From the NCBI GenBank assembly GCA_913775595.1, contig CAJYLB010000001.1, forward strand, positions 496,001-560,000: DNA of 64,000 nucleotides. The letters run 5' to 3'. Under the pieces are notes generated by a model that was given only the letters and a program-made list of their open reading frames with translations, ran no database searches and was not told the origin of the DNA. Of this stretch, positions 38,345-47,443 are shown one piece after another. Each line of letters opens with the position of its first letter. Within the stretch, counting starts at the first letter, position 1. A program made the translations under genes and the position numbers. The DNA is from an uncultured Aquiluna sp. (GTDB lineage Bacteria; Actinomycetota; Actinomycetes; Actinomycetales; Microbacteriaceae).

Positions 38345-38791
38345 GTGCAGATGGCGATTTACCGTGAGCGGCTTTACCCTTCTTTTTCATTCGTCTTGGC
38401 TCTAACCCTGTCTGGGCCAATGGTTTTGCTCGCCGCACTCCCCTTCGGAATGTCAGTTGCGATCACCCTTGGTGTCCTTGTTCCACTCGCGCTCAACGTT
38501 GTGGTGTTCTTGCTCTCGCCTGCGATAGAGGTGTCTGATGGTCGCCTGCGGGCTGATCGAATACGCATTCCTGTTGGTGCGCTGGGCGAGGTTGTGCCGC
38601 TGGACAGCTCCCAGTTCAATCTCAAATTGGGGCCAGAGGCGAATCCAAGGGCGCAACTGATGATTCGAGGCTACATAAAAGGAGGGGTGCAAATTCCAGT
38701 TCTGGATTCGGAGGACCCGACCCCCTACTTGCTGTTGAGCTCTAGGAAACCGAAAGAACTAGCTGTTGCACTCGAGGCAAATAGGGCCTGA
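38345..38791 (+). CDS. DUF3093 family protein
   Basis: YRERL.P, two TM helices, DPTPYLLLSSRKP; divergent from dut. Confidence 0.85.
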   Translation: MQMAIYRERLYPSFSFVLALTLSGPMVLLAALPFGMSVAITLGVLVPLALNVVVFLLSPAIEVSDGRLRADRIRIPVGALGEVVPLDSSQFNLKLGPEANPRAQLMIRGYIKGGVQIPVLDSEDPTPYLLLSSRKPKELAVALEANRA

Positions 38792-39040
38792 TCGGCTCTT
38801 TTTGCCAAGCTGTGCCCGTGGCTTGACCAAGAAGCAATTGATGCAGGTGAACTCGTTTTCCTGTTGAGGCAGCACAACAACCTCAAGTTCCTCATTTACG
38901 ACGTCTGGGATGGTGAAATTATCGGCGTTATCAGCGTCATCGTCGGAAATTGACGGCTTTGACGGAATGCGTTCCTTAATGGCCTCAATGGACTCGGTGT
39001 CATCATCGGTTTTTCTCTGCGCATCGTAGTCGGTTGCCAT
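38759..39040 (-). CDS. DUF4193 family protein
   Basis: MATDYDA.RK, EFTCINCFLV...CLEC; AGGAGG SD. Confidence 0.88.
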   Translation of the reverse strand: MATDYDAQRKTDDDTESIEAIKERIPSKPSISDDDADNADNFTIPDVVNEELEVVVLPQQENEFTCINCFLVKPRAQLGKKSRSGPICLECNS

Positions 39041-39067
39041 TTAGCCTCCTGTGCTTCTTGCGCGTGA

Positions 39068-39096
39068 ACTATGCCCTAGCCAGAAAGAATTTGCAA
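39068..39096 (-). promoter_or_regulatory. Sigma-A type promoter for the DUF4193 gene
   Basis: Minus strand TTGCAA-N17-CATAGT. Confidence 0.6.
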
Positions 39097-39195
39097 ATCT
39101 GAAACGCGCCTTTCGAAAACTGTTAAGAACTCGCCTAGGTCAAATAATCCGATTGGCATCCCGCGGTGCCAGACTTTCAAAAGAAGGAGACTCCG

Positions 39196-39900
39196 ATGGA
39201 ACTTAGATTTGTCAACCGAGAGAGTGACTTCCTAGTCTTTGAGACCAGCGATGGCGAGAAGCTCCGAGCCCTCATAGACGACCAGCTGCGCGAAGCTATC
39301 AGGAATACGCAGCAGCTCGGAAGCTCCGGAATCTCACCAAAGGATGTTCAGAATCGCATCCGCCAAGGTGAATCCGTAGAGCAAGTTGCCACAGATCTTG
39401 GGGTTCCAGAAACCACTATCGAACCATTCGCAGCGCCCATCATTGACGAGCTGAATTACATTCTTGAAGCTGCACTGGCAACTGAGGTAAACGACGGCAG
39501 CAACATGCTTCCTTTCTCCCAGCTGATCGGCGAGGAAAGCCCGGGCGCCACCTTCGCTATCAGAAGAGAGGATGACAAGTGGATAGTTACTGTTTCTGGA
39601 TCAAAGCAGATGCAGTGGCACTTTGATAACAAGAGCCGTCACTTGGAGCCGATGGACACAAACGCCTCCACCGTTGCAAAGGTTCACGCAAACCGCGACA
39701 TCGTCACATCCACGATCGCCGTGGTTGAAGAGGCCTCAGAGCCAGAGGCCGAGGCAAGTGTTCACGATCTTGTTGAGGAGCTACGTTCAAGGCGCAACAA
39801 GGAGCCAATCAAACCCGCCACAGCGAAGGGGCGTGCGTCACTCCCCAGCTGGGATGAGATAGTCCTAGGCACATCGAACTCAGAGCCCGAAGCGCAGTAG
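39196..39900 (+). CDS. sepH: Septation protein SepH (DUF3071)
   Basis: SPKDVQNRIRQGES HTH; C-terminal RASLPSWDEIVLG; ATG 39196 after AAGGAG. Confidence 0.85.
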   Translation: MELRFVNRESDFLVFETSDGEKLRALIDDQLREAIRNTQQLGSSGISPKDVQNRIRQGESVEQVATDLGVPETTIEPFAAPIIDELNYILEAALATEVNDGSNMLPFSQLIGEESPGATFAIRREDDKWIVTVSGSKQMQWHFDNKSRHLEPMDTNASTVAKVHANRDIVTSTIAVVEEASEPEAEASVHDLVEELRSRRNKEPIKPATAKGRASLPSWDEIVLGTSNSEPEAQ

Positions 39901-40998
39901 CGGGATTCGCATCTCGGCCGCTGAAATCGAGCCGTGGTGAGCGACCATGTCAAAGGCCCGCTGTTTTGAAAATCCTGTGTGATACAACGTGAAGTTCGAT
40001 CTTGCTTGCAAGATGACCTCAGGCATGCGGTTGGTGGCCTCCTCCCCCACATCTCCAAACCAGCCAGCCCGAATCAAATCTGACGCACGGTGGGCATGAA
40101 GTGCATAGGAGAGAGGCTGGAGATTCTGAATGAGCTCGTCGACCGCGGAATCATCGGACAGGTAAATGTAGCTACTTCGCGTATCGCCACCAAAAAACTC
40201 GAGCCCGAAGTCCAGGTAGTCATCCAAGACCAGCTGTCTATCCTTCTCTGTCTCTATCATCCCGTGATCCGAGGTGACAATTAGCCCGCTGCCTGGGCCC
40301 ATTGCTTGAGAGAGTCGTTGGAGTCCAGCCCCTACCTCTTCTAGGAGCGCAGCCCATCCCGGCGAGGACCAGCCGAACTTGTGTCCATACTTGTCTAGCT
40401 CTGGAAAGTAGAGATAGCTCAAGGAACTAGCTCTCGACCCAAAAACCTCAATGGCTCGATCGATTCTGGCTGAGATTGCGTCAGCGCCAAGGAACTCTGC
40501 GCCGCGCATCGTTGCGAGGCTATATGGTGTTGAGCGATACTCTTCAGCGGCAATTACGTTGACGTGAATACCCGCCTCTGCGCCCCGTTCGGCAACTGTT
40601 TGATGTGGTTGCCAAATGAGTGGATCGGTTCGTTCGTTCCATCCAACAAGAAGATTTATGCGCTCGTCGTGGTGCCTATCCCAAACCTGATGTCCGATCA
40701 GGCCGTGCGCCCCGGGCATTAAGCCAGTTGCAAAGCTTCCAATGTTTGCACTCGTGGTTGCCGGGTAGGAGCAATAGGTGATGGTGCTGGGACCAAGGGC
40801 GTTTGCGAGGAAAGGTGCGTGGCCTGCTCTTTGCTTAAGTTGCTCTGCTCCGAGTCCATCCACCACTGCCACAATGATGTTTTGCCTGGGCGGAAGTCCC
40901 AGTTTGTTGGGGCGTCCACAGACTGCTTCCAAGGCTGAGGAGAACACGTGTGAAATAGAACCGAAACCCCTAGGCGGTGCGGGTAGAGTCGGATTCAC
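39880..40998 (-). CDS. Alkaline phosphatase superfamily nucleotide pyrophosphatase/phosphodiesterase
   Basis: VVDGLG, YPATTS, TG..PG.HG, ELDKYGH, TSDHG, HHGS; start set at GTG 40998 because the ORF-track extension overlaps the topoisomerase gene. Confidence 0.82.
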   Translation of the reverse strand: MNPTLPAPPRGFGSISHVFSSALEAVCGRPNKLGLPPRQNIIVAVVDGLGAEQLKQRAGHAPFLANALGPSTITYCSYPATTSANIGSFATGLMPGAHGLIGHQVWDRHHDERINLLVGWNERTDPLIWQPHQTVAERGAEAGIHVNVIAAEEYRSTPYSLATMRGAEFLGADAISARIDRAIEVFGSRASSLSYLYFPELDKYGHKFGWSSPGWAALLEEVGAGLQRLSQAMGPGSGLIVTSDHGMIETEKDRQLVLDDYLDFGLEFFGGDTRSSYIYLSDDSAVDELIQNLQPLSYALHAHRASDLIRAGWFGDVGEEATNRMPEVILQARSNFTLYHTGFSKQRAFDMVAHHGSISAAEMRIPLLRFGL

Positions 40999-41025
40999 CC
41001 GCCAAGTTTCGCACAGCAAGGACCA

Positions 41026-43356
41026 ATGGACAAAAGCACAGAGCGCATCGTAGACATCGATGTCGCAAGCGAAATGCGGGAGTCTTTTCTTGAGTACTCC
41101 TACTCGGTCATCTATTCGAGAGCGCTTCCGGATGCCCGCGATGGCCTCAAGCCAGTGCAGAGACGCATCATCTTTCAGATGGGTGAAATGGGGCTCAGGC
41201 CGGATCGTGGACACGTAAAGTCCGCTCGTGTCACAGGGGAAGTAATGGGCAAGCTCCACCCCCACGGGGATGGAGCCATTTATGACGCCCTTGTGCGGAT
41301 GTCTCAAGCATTTACGTTGAGGCTTCCGCTGATTGACGGTCACGGCAACTTCGGATCACTCGATGACGGTCCCGCAGCAGCTCGCTACACCGAGGCAAGG
41401 CTGACCGCAGCCGCAACCGCCCTCAACGAATCACTGGACGAAGACGTGGTTGATTTTCTTCCCAACTACGACGCCCAACTCACAGAGCCTGAGGTGCTAC
41501 CCGCGGCCTTTCCAAATCTCTTGGTAAACGGTGCCAGCGGTATCGCTGTTGGTATGGCCACAAACATGCCACCCCACAACCTAGGCGAGGTCGTCGCAGC
41601 GCTTCAGAAGCTGATTAGGAATCCAGAAATCAAGACTCAAGATTTGATGAAAGCAGTACCTGGACCCGATCTTCCAACTGGCGGAGTAATCCTCGCGGGA
41701 GAAGCCTTGAATGACGCTTACGAGACCGGTAAAGGCACGTTCAGAATTAGAGCCAAGCTGACAGTGGAACAGGTTGCCCCGCGAAGAACTGGGCTAGTAG
41801 TTACTGAGTTGCCCTACCTGGTCGGTCCAGAGAGGGTAATTGAAAAGATTAGGGACGCGGTAAACGCAAAGAAGCTGGAAGGCATACACAACGTCGTAGA
41901 CCTTACCGATCGAGACAACGGGCTGAAGCTCGTAATCGAGCTAAAGAGTGGTATCAACCCCGACTCAGTTATCGAAGCGCTTTACCGTCTGACACCTCTG
42001 GAGGAGTCCTTCGGTATCAACAATGTCGCGCTCGTTGGCGGTAGGCCAAAGCAAATGGGTTTCAAAGAGCTGCTTGAGGTTTACCTGGCCCACCGATTAG
42101 ATGTCACAACGAGGAGAAGTCAGAACAGGCTCGATAAGCGAAAGGCCCGACTCCACCTAATCGAAGGCCTTCAGCTTGCAGTTCTAAACATAGATGAGGT
42201 CATTGAGGTAATTCGCACTTCCGATACCGCAGATGATGCCAAATCACGCCTAAAAACAATCTTTGACCTCAGCGAGCTCCAGGCTGAATACATCCTCGAG
42301 CTCAGACTGAGAAGGTTGACAAAGTTCAGCTTGCTCGAGCTAGAGCAAGAGTCAGATGAATTGCGGCGCGAGATTGAGAGACTCCAAGAACTATTGACGA
42401 ACGAAGAGCTGCTTCGGGAGACGGTATCTAACGAGCTAGCTGCTGTTGTGAAGCTCTTCGGTACCCCTCGAAGGTCTCAGATCATTGATGCAAGTGGCAT
42501 GGAAGTTAGCCGAAAGCCAGTTCAAGTGACAGAGCTGGAGGACAGTGAAACTGTTGTTGTCTTCTCCCCTACTGGCGCGGTTTTCAGAACGGCCGGGCAG
42601 ATTGAATCATCTGGACTGACGACCAGCCTTCGAAGTGATGTCGGGTTCGTCGTCGAAGATGGGACGGCAATCCAGGTTCATGTGGCAGACCTGCCCCAGG
42701 GTTCTGGGTTGGATACGGGCGTGGACGCTGAGGCCTTTTTGGGCACTAATCAGCGCGTCGTGGGTCTCATCGATTGGAGCTCTGGAAAGAACTATGCCGT
42801 TGGGACTAAGCAAGGAGTAGTAAAGCGCTTTGTGAGCCAGCTCCCCGACAAGCATGAAGTGGCCGTCATCTCTCTGAAAGAAGGCGACAGCGTAATTGGG
42901 GTATCGGAGTGCAGCGATGACAGTGATTTAGTATTCGTTTCCGACGCTGCCAATTTGCTGACCTTCCCCGCCAAGGCCGTGAGGCCACAAGGTCTTGCTG
43001 CCTCCGGAATGGCTGGGATTAAGCTTGGATCGAGCCAGGTAATCTTCTTTGGCGCCGCTTCGAAAGGTGACTTAGTTCTCACCGCAGCAAACGACTCCCA
43101 GGCCCTTGGGGCGACAGACCCTGGTAGCTGCAAACTCACTCCACTAACGGAGTTTCCGTCTAAGGGTCGAGGGTCAATGGGGGTTCGCTGCCATAAGTTC
43201 CTCAAGGCCGAGAACCAGCTTTACTTTGCGTCTGTTGTCTCCGCACAGCCGAGGGCGTTTGATGCGGGAGGCCAAGAACTTGAGCTGACAAGCGAATTAG
43301 CAAAACGAGATGCAAGCGGCTCAGCATCGCCTGGATACATCCAGGGAGCAATCTAG
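41026..43356 (+). CDS. parC: Type IIA topoisomerase subunit A, topoisomerase IV-type (ParC-like)
   Basis: RALPDARDGLKPVQRR, HPHGD, catalytic AARYTE, GIAVGMAT; no GyrA-box seen; not in an oriC context. Confidence 0.85.
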   Translation: MDKSTERIVDIDVASEMRESFLEYSYSVIYSRALPDARDGLKPVQRRIIFQMGEMGLRPDRGHVKSARVTGEVMGKLHPHGDGAIYDALVRMSQAFTLRLPLIDGHGNFGSLDDGPAAARYTEARLTAAATALNESLDEDVVDFLPNYDAQLTEPEVLPAAFPNLLVNGASGIAVGMATNMPPHNLGEVVAALQKLIRNPEIKTQDLMKAVPGPDLPTGGVILAGEALNDAYETGKGTFRIRAKLTVEQVAPRRTGLVVTELPYLVGPERVIEKIRDAVNAKKLEGIHNVVDLTDRDNGLKLVIELKSGINPDSVIEALYRLTPLEESFGINNVALVGGRPKQMGFKELLEVYLAHRLDVTTRRSQNRLDKRKARLHLIEGLQLAVLNIDEVIEVIRTSDTADDAKSRLKTIFDLSELQAEYILELRLRRLTKFSLLELEQESDELRREIERLQELLTNEELLRETVSNELAAVVKLFGTPRRSQIIDASGMEVSRKPVQVTELEDSETVVVFSPTGAVFRTAGQIESSGLTTSLRSDVGFVVEDGTAIQVHVADLPQGSGLDTGVDAEAFLGTNQRVVGLIDWSSGKNYAVGTKQGVVKRFVSQLPDKHEVAVISLKEGDSVIGVSECSDDSDLVFVSDAANLLTFPAKAVRPQGLAASGMAGIKLGSSQVIFFGAASKGDLVLTAANDSQALGATDPGSCKLTPLTEFPSKGRGSMGVRCHKFLKAENQLYFASVVSAQPRAFDAGGQELELTSELAKRDASGSASPGYIQGAI

Positions 43357-45407
43357 GCGTCGATTCTCTCCCTATCAAACTCATCAGCCGAGCCAACGAT
43401 GAACTCTCTTCGCGGCGCGACCTCGTTGCCCATCAGGAGCTCAAAGATTTGATCTGAGGCTGCTGCATCTTGCGCTGTGATGCGTCTCAACAGGCGGTGG
43501 GAAGGGTTCATGGTCGTTTCGGCGAGTTGATCAGCGTCCATTTCTCCGAGGCCCTTGTAGCGCTGGATGGGCTGCTGGTAGGACTTACCGCGCTTATCAA
43601 GGTCTCTTAGCAAATCATTTAGCTCGGCCTGGGAGTAGGTGTAAATCGTTTCCTTGTTCTTGCCGGTGCCGACGACGACTCTGTGCAGCGGCGGCACTGC
43701 GGCGTAGACCCGGCCTGCCTCAACCAAAGGCCTCATGTAGCGGAAAAATAGGGTTAGAAGAAGCGTTCGGATGTGTGCCCCGTCAACGTCCGCATCACTC
43801 ATCAAAATGATCTTTTCGTACCGAACATTCTCAAGTTCAAATGTCCTGCCCGAGCCAGCTCCGAGCACCTGGATGATTGCGGCACACTCTGCATTGGAAA
43901 GCATGTCTGCCATTGAGGCCTTTTGGACGTTCAGGATTTTGCCCCTGATTGGTAACAGGGCTTGAAATGCACTATCCCGGGCGAGCTTGGCAGTGCCAAG
44001 GGCACTATCACCCTCAACAATGAAGAGCTCGGAGCCCTCTGTTGCTGTGGCTCGACAATCAACGAGCTTTGACGGCAGCGAACTGGATTCCAAGGCATTC
44101 TTGCGTCTTTGAGTGTCTTTCAGTGTTCTGGCACTGATCCTCGTCTTGGCCTCACCGACAACACGCCCAAGGAGTTTCTCGGACTCCGCTCTGGTGCCCC
44201 TGATTTTCCCGGCCAGGAAGTCATCAAAGTACTCAGTGATTGCACTCGAGACAATGTTCTTGATTGCTGGTGTGCCCAGAGTCTCTTTGGTTTGCCCTTC
44301 AAATTGAGGCTCAGGGAAGCTCACTGTTACAACTGCCGTGAGGCCCGTTAGCACGTCATCCTTTTCTATCTTTAGGCCGGTGGCCTTGAACTTTCTGGCA
44401 GAAGCTTCGATTGCCGCTCTGAAGCTTTTTGTCAGGCCCTGCTCGAAGCCGGTCAGGTGAGTGCCACCTTTCGGAGTAGCGATGATATTTACGAACGACC
44501 TGACCTGGGTATCAAATCCATTTCCCCACCTAAGAGCAATGTCCACTTTGCATTCCCGCTCAACCAGCTTCGACTCCATGGTTCCGCTTTTCTCATTCAG
44601 TACCGGAACGGTTTCTGAGAAGGTTGCGCTCTTGGTTATCTGTTTCGTCGGAATCAACTCAGCGTCTGGAGCGAGGTGCGCCACGTACTCAGTGATGCCG
44701 CCGGCAAAGTTGAATGAGTAACCCTCCCCTTCAGCACCCTTTGCGCTCAGAGTTAGCCCGGGTACGAGAAAGGCGGTTTGCCGCAGTCTGCTCTCAAGAT
44801 CTTCGATTGAAAATTCTGCGGCCGGTTCAAAGATTTGCCGGTCCGGCCAGTATTTGACCCTGGTACCAGTTATGCCCTTGGCGACTTTGCCGACCACGGC
44901 AAGCTCGCTCTTTTTCGTAAATGGTTCGAATGGAGCATCTGGCCCATCACCCGAAAATACGCCTGGCTCCCCTCGCCTAAATGACATTCGATGCGTTTTG
45001 CCACCCCGGTCAACCTCAACATCCAACCGGGCGCTAAGGGCATTTACAACCGATGCTCCGACACCATGTAACCCTCCAGATGATGTGTAGGAGCCGCCGC
45101 CAAACTTGCCACCTGCGTGAAGTTTCGTGAATACGACCTCAACACCTGTAAGGCCCGTCTTAGGTTCGACATCAACAGGTATTCCTCTCCCGTGGTCGGC
45201 AACGGCAATGGCACCATCTTCAAATTGCTCAACCTCAATAGAGTGTCCATGCCCAGCAAGTGCCTCGTCGACTGAGTTGTCGATGATTTCCCAAAGACAG
45301 TGCATCAATCCACGGCCGTCGGTTGAACCTATGTACATGCCCGGTCGCTTACGAACCGCCTCGAGGCCCTCGAGGACTGATAGGTGATGGGCTAAGTAGG
45401 TTTCCAC
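43353..45407 (-). CDS. parE: Type IIA topoisomerase subunit B, topoisomerase IV-type (ParE-like)
   Basis: EAVRKRPGMYIG, EIIDNSVDE, GGLHGVG, VEGDSA, PIRGKILN, DADVDG, QRYKGLGEM. Confidence 0.87.
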   Translation of the reverse strand: METYLAHHLSVLEGLEAVRKRPGMYIGSTDGRGLMHCLWEIIDNSVDEALAGHGHSIEVEQFEDGAIAVADHGRGIPVDVEPKTGLTGVEVVFTKLHAGGKFGGGSYTSSGGLHGVGASVVNALSARLDVEVDRGGKTHRMSFRRGEPGVFSGDGPDAPFEPFTKKSELAVVGKVAKGITGTRVKYWPDRQIFEPAAEFSIEDLESRLRQTAFLVPGLTLSAKGAEGEGYSFNFAGGITEYVAHLAPDAELIPTKQITKSATFSETVPVLNEKSGTMESKLVERECKVDIALRWGNGFDTQVRSFVNIIATPKGGTHLTGFEQGLTKSFRAAIEASARKFKATGLKIEKDDVLTGLTAVVTVSFPEPQFEGQTKETLGTPAIKNIVSSAITEYFDDFLAGKIRGTRAESEKLLGRVVGEAKTRISARTLKDTQRRKNALESSSLPSKLVDCRATATEGSELFIVEGDSALGTAKLARDSAFQALLPIRGKILNVQKASMADMLSNAECAAIIQVLGAGSGRTFELENVRYEKIILMSDADVDGAHIRTLLLTLFFRYMRPLVEAGRVYAAVPPLHRVVVGTGKNKETIYTYSQAELNDLLRDLDKRGKSYQQPIQRYKGLGEMDADQLAETTMNPSHRLLRRITAQDAAASDQIFELLMGNEVAPRREFIVGSADEFDRERIDA

Positions 45408-45517
45408 GTCGAAAGAATAGAGCGCCGATCTCTCAGTACTTAGCTGCCACTTCGCAGTTAGCGAAACAAGGGTGATAAGCGGATTATTTGTCGAAGCCGA
45501 AGGTTATAGTTCATCAA

Positions 45518-45715
45518 ATGGAAGAGACACGCGAACTACCCAACCTGCTGGCAACCGATCGCTGCGACGTTTGTGAAGCGCAGGCTTACATTCGTGTGGA
45601 GCTTGAGTCGGGGCAGCTGCTGTTCTGCGCCCACCACGGCAAGGCCAACAAGGAAAAGCTCGAGCCGCTTGTGATCAACTGGCACGACCAGTCTGAAGAA
45701 CTTAACCGGCGCTAA
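45518..45715 (+). CDS. Small conserved actinobacterial Zn-binding protein (DUF7455-like)
   Basis: DRCDVCEAQAY...LLFCAHH; ATG 45518 lies 7 nt after TATAGT; divergent from parE. Confidence 0.75.
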   Translation: MEETRELPNLLATDRCDVCEAQAYIRVELESGQLLFCAHHGKANKEKLEPLVINWHDQSEELNRR

Positions 45716-46241
45716 TTTCTCTAATCTTTTCGATCCACTCGAGCTTTACAGGATCTAGCTCGCTCTGGACTCCAAGACCTCTCAGGAGATCGCTCAGGTA
45801 GCTCGGGTTCTTCGCTAGAAATGGCCCAAACAGGCTTGTAGCAACGAACAGACCCTTTCGGTGCACAATAGGCAAATCGAGTTCAGTGTTTCTGTACCCA
45901 AAGTACTCACCCGACACAAACTCACTCTTTCTGGGCATCTTCTCTGCAGTTAGCCCTAACTCTGACGCAAAGAACTCGTAGCTAGAGCCGGCCAAAAGGG
46001 TTGGATGTCCCGCGCTCATACGATTCCGCACTGAAGGCAATAGTCCGCGAAGCTCCTCGGCATAATGGCGCATGGCAGCCCGCGAAGCATCGCCAATCAG
46101 GACGAACTCAGCAGCTTCAACCGTCTTGGACTTGCCGTGCTTGACGCCTGCGCGTTCCAGTTCGAAACGCAGAACTTCAATGTTCCCCTGATCTCCGTTG
46201 TTATCGAAGTGTTCGGGGTGAAACGTAAACAACTTAATCAC
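45702..46241 (-). CDS. GatD/CobQ-like glutamine amidotransferase homologue lacking catalytic residues
   Basis: N-terminal GDQGNIEVL and GP.LAKNP motifs, coupled to murT; no Cys anywhere and HGP replaced by FGP. Confidence 0.78.
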   Translation of the reverse strand: MIKLFTFHPEHFDNNGDQGNIEVLRFELERAGVKHGKSKTVEAAEFVLIGDASRAAMRHYAEELRGLLPSVRNRMSAGHPTLLAGSSYEFFASELGLTAEKMPRKSEFVSGEYFGYRNTELDLPIVHRKGLFVATSLFGPFLAKNPSYLSDLLRGLGVQSELDPVKLEWIEKIREISAG

Positions 46242-47443
46242 TTAGCCAACCCCGCTTGCCTTCTAAACCGCCGCATAGAATCTGCGCTAAACAAAATTGT
46301 GGGAAGCTCACCACGCAGGCTCATAAACGCAGACTTCGCCTCGGCGACATCAGGGATAACCCTGCCAACTTCAACTCCGGCATAGCTGAGGCGCAATGCA
46401 AGGTCAAAAGCGTTGAAACCAGACACAATGTCTACTTTGCCTACGGAGCTGAAGTCAACCGTCCAAAGCCAACTTGGATCGTGAATGTCAGAACCTGCCA
46501 TAAACATCAGCGGACTATTCGAAGGTCCAAGCTCATCCACATTGAGCTGAAAGCTCGTGGGGTTCTGAACCAGTCGCAGATTAACCTCGATGCCATCCAG
46601 AGAGGTCAACTCATTGCGGGCGAACACCCCGCTAACTGAATCAATCGTTTGCTGAGTCTTAGCCATGTCCAGTTCAACGAGCCTGGCCGAAGCAGAAATC
46701 GCTAAGGCGGTATTCAAAGCATGAGGAATGTTTTGATCCTTCAGGGCAACGGGTCCAAGTGCTGTGCTTAGAGAAAGTTCTTTCTTGCCCCCAACTAACC
46801 ACGCATCTTCGATAGCTGGTGGCGAATCAAACCTGAGCGCATACTTAGGAGCCTCGGAAGAGCCCTTCAACTCCGTGCTGAGGTCCACGGCACCTGAAAC
46901 GTTCTGCAGTGCCATGCTGCGCAGGTTTGGATCGTGGGCATTGAGCACCACCTGCTTTGCAGAGATTGCCAAGTTTTCTAGCTTCTCGATAACAAAGTCA
47001 GGGTCCACAAATCTATCCAGTTGATCGCTTAGCACGTTTGTTAAAACGACCAGACGGGGCTTGAGGTCGCCAACCAGGGCTGAACCGTGACCCTCATCAA
47101 CCTCTAAGACAGCGATGTCATAGTTCAGGCGACCGAAGAGGTCACCTTCTTTCAGGACTGCGGATACCAGACCCTGCTTGATGTTGGCGGTAGAGGGGTT
47201 GGTAAATACTTTCTTGCCATGGGCCTCTAGAAGCTGCACCAGAGTGTGGGTCGTCGAAGACTTGCCAGCGCTTCCTGTGACCAACACAACACCCTCAGGT
47301 AGGGTCCTGAGCGCATTTGACAGCAACCTTGGTTGGATTGCTCCGGCAATCAGCCCTGGTAACGCACTTCCCCCGCCCCTTCGGATAAGGCGAAGTAGAA
47401 ACCGGAGTGATTTCCCCAGCGAAACAGCCAGGAGGGAAAGCAT
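46238..47443 (-). CDS. murT: MurT-like Mur ligase (DUF1727 C-terminal domain)
   Basis: GGSALPG, VTGSAGKSST P-loop, EVDE, TN..DQLDRF, DPSWLW.VDF, DLALRL. Confidence 0.85.
   Translation of the reverse strand: MLSLLAVSLGKSLRFLLRLIRRGGGSALPGLIAGAIQPRLLSNALRTLPEGVVLVTGSAGKSSTTHTLVQLLEAHGKKVFTNPSTANIKQGLVSAVLKEGDLFGRLNYDIAVLEVDEGHGSALVGDLKPRLVVLTNVLSDQLDRFVDPDFVIEKLENLAISAKQVVLNAHDPNLRSMALQNVSGAVDLSTELKGSSEAPKYALRFDSPPAIEDAWLVGGKKELSLSTALGPVALKDQNIPHALNTALAISASARLVELDMAKTQQTIDSVSGVFARNELTSLDGIEVNLRLVQNPTSFQLNVDELGPSNSPLMFMAGSDIHDPSWLWTVDFSSVGKVDIVSGFNAFDLALRLSYAGVEVGRVIPDVAEAKSAFMSLRGELPTILFSADSMRRFRRQAGLAK

Noticed and set aside
40999..41343. 115-aa N-terminal extension of the phosphodiesterase ORF overlapping parC antisense
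   Set aside because: It is the antisense shadow of the conserved parC 5' region; family motifs begin only after GTG 40998.
45702..46241. gatD-like gene as a pseudogene
   Set aside because: The frame is intact, coupled to murT and keeps N- and C-terminal structural motifs; treated as a pseudoenzyme instead.
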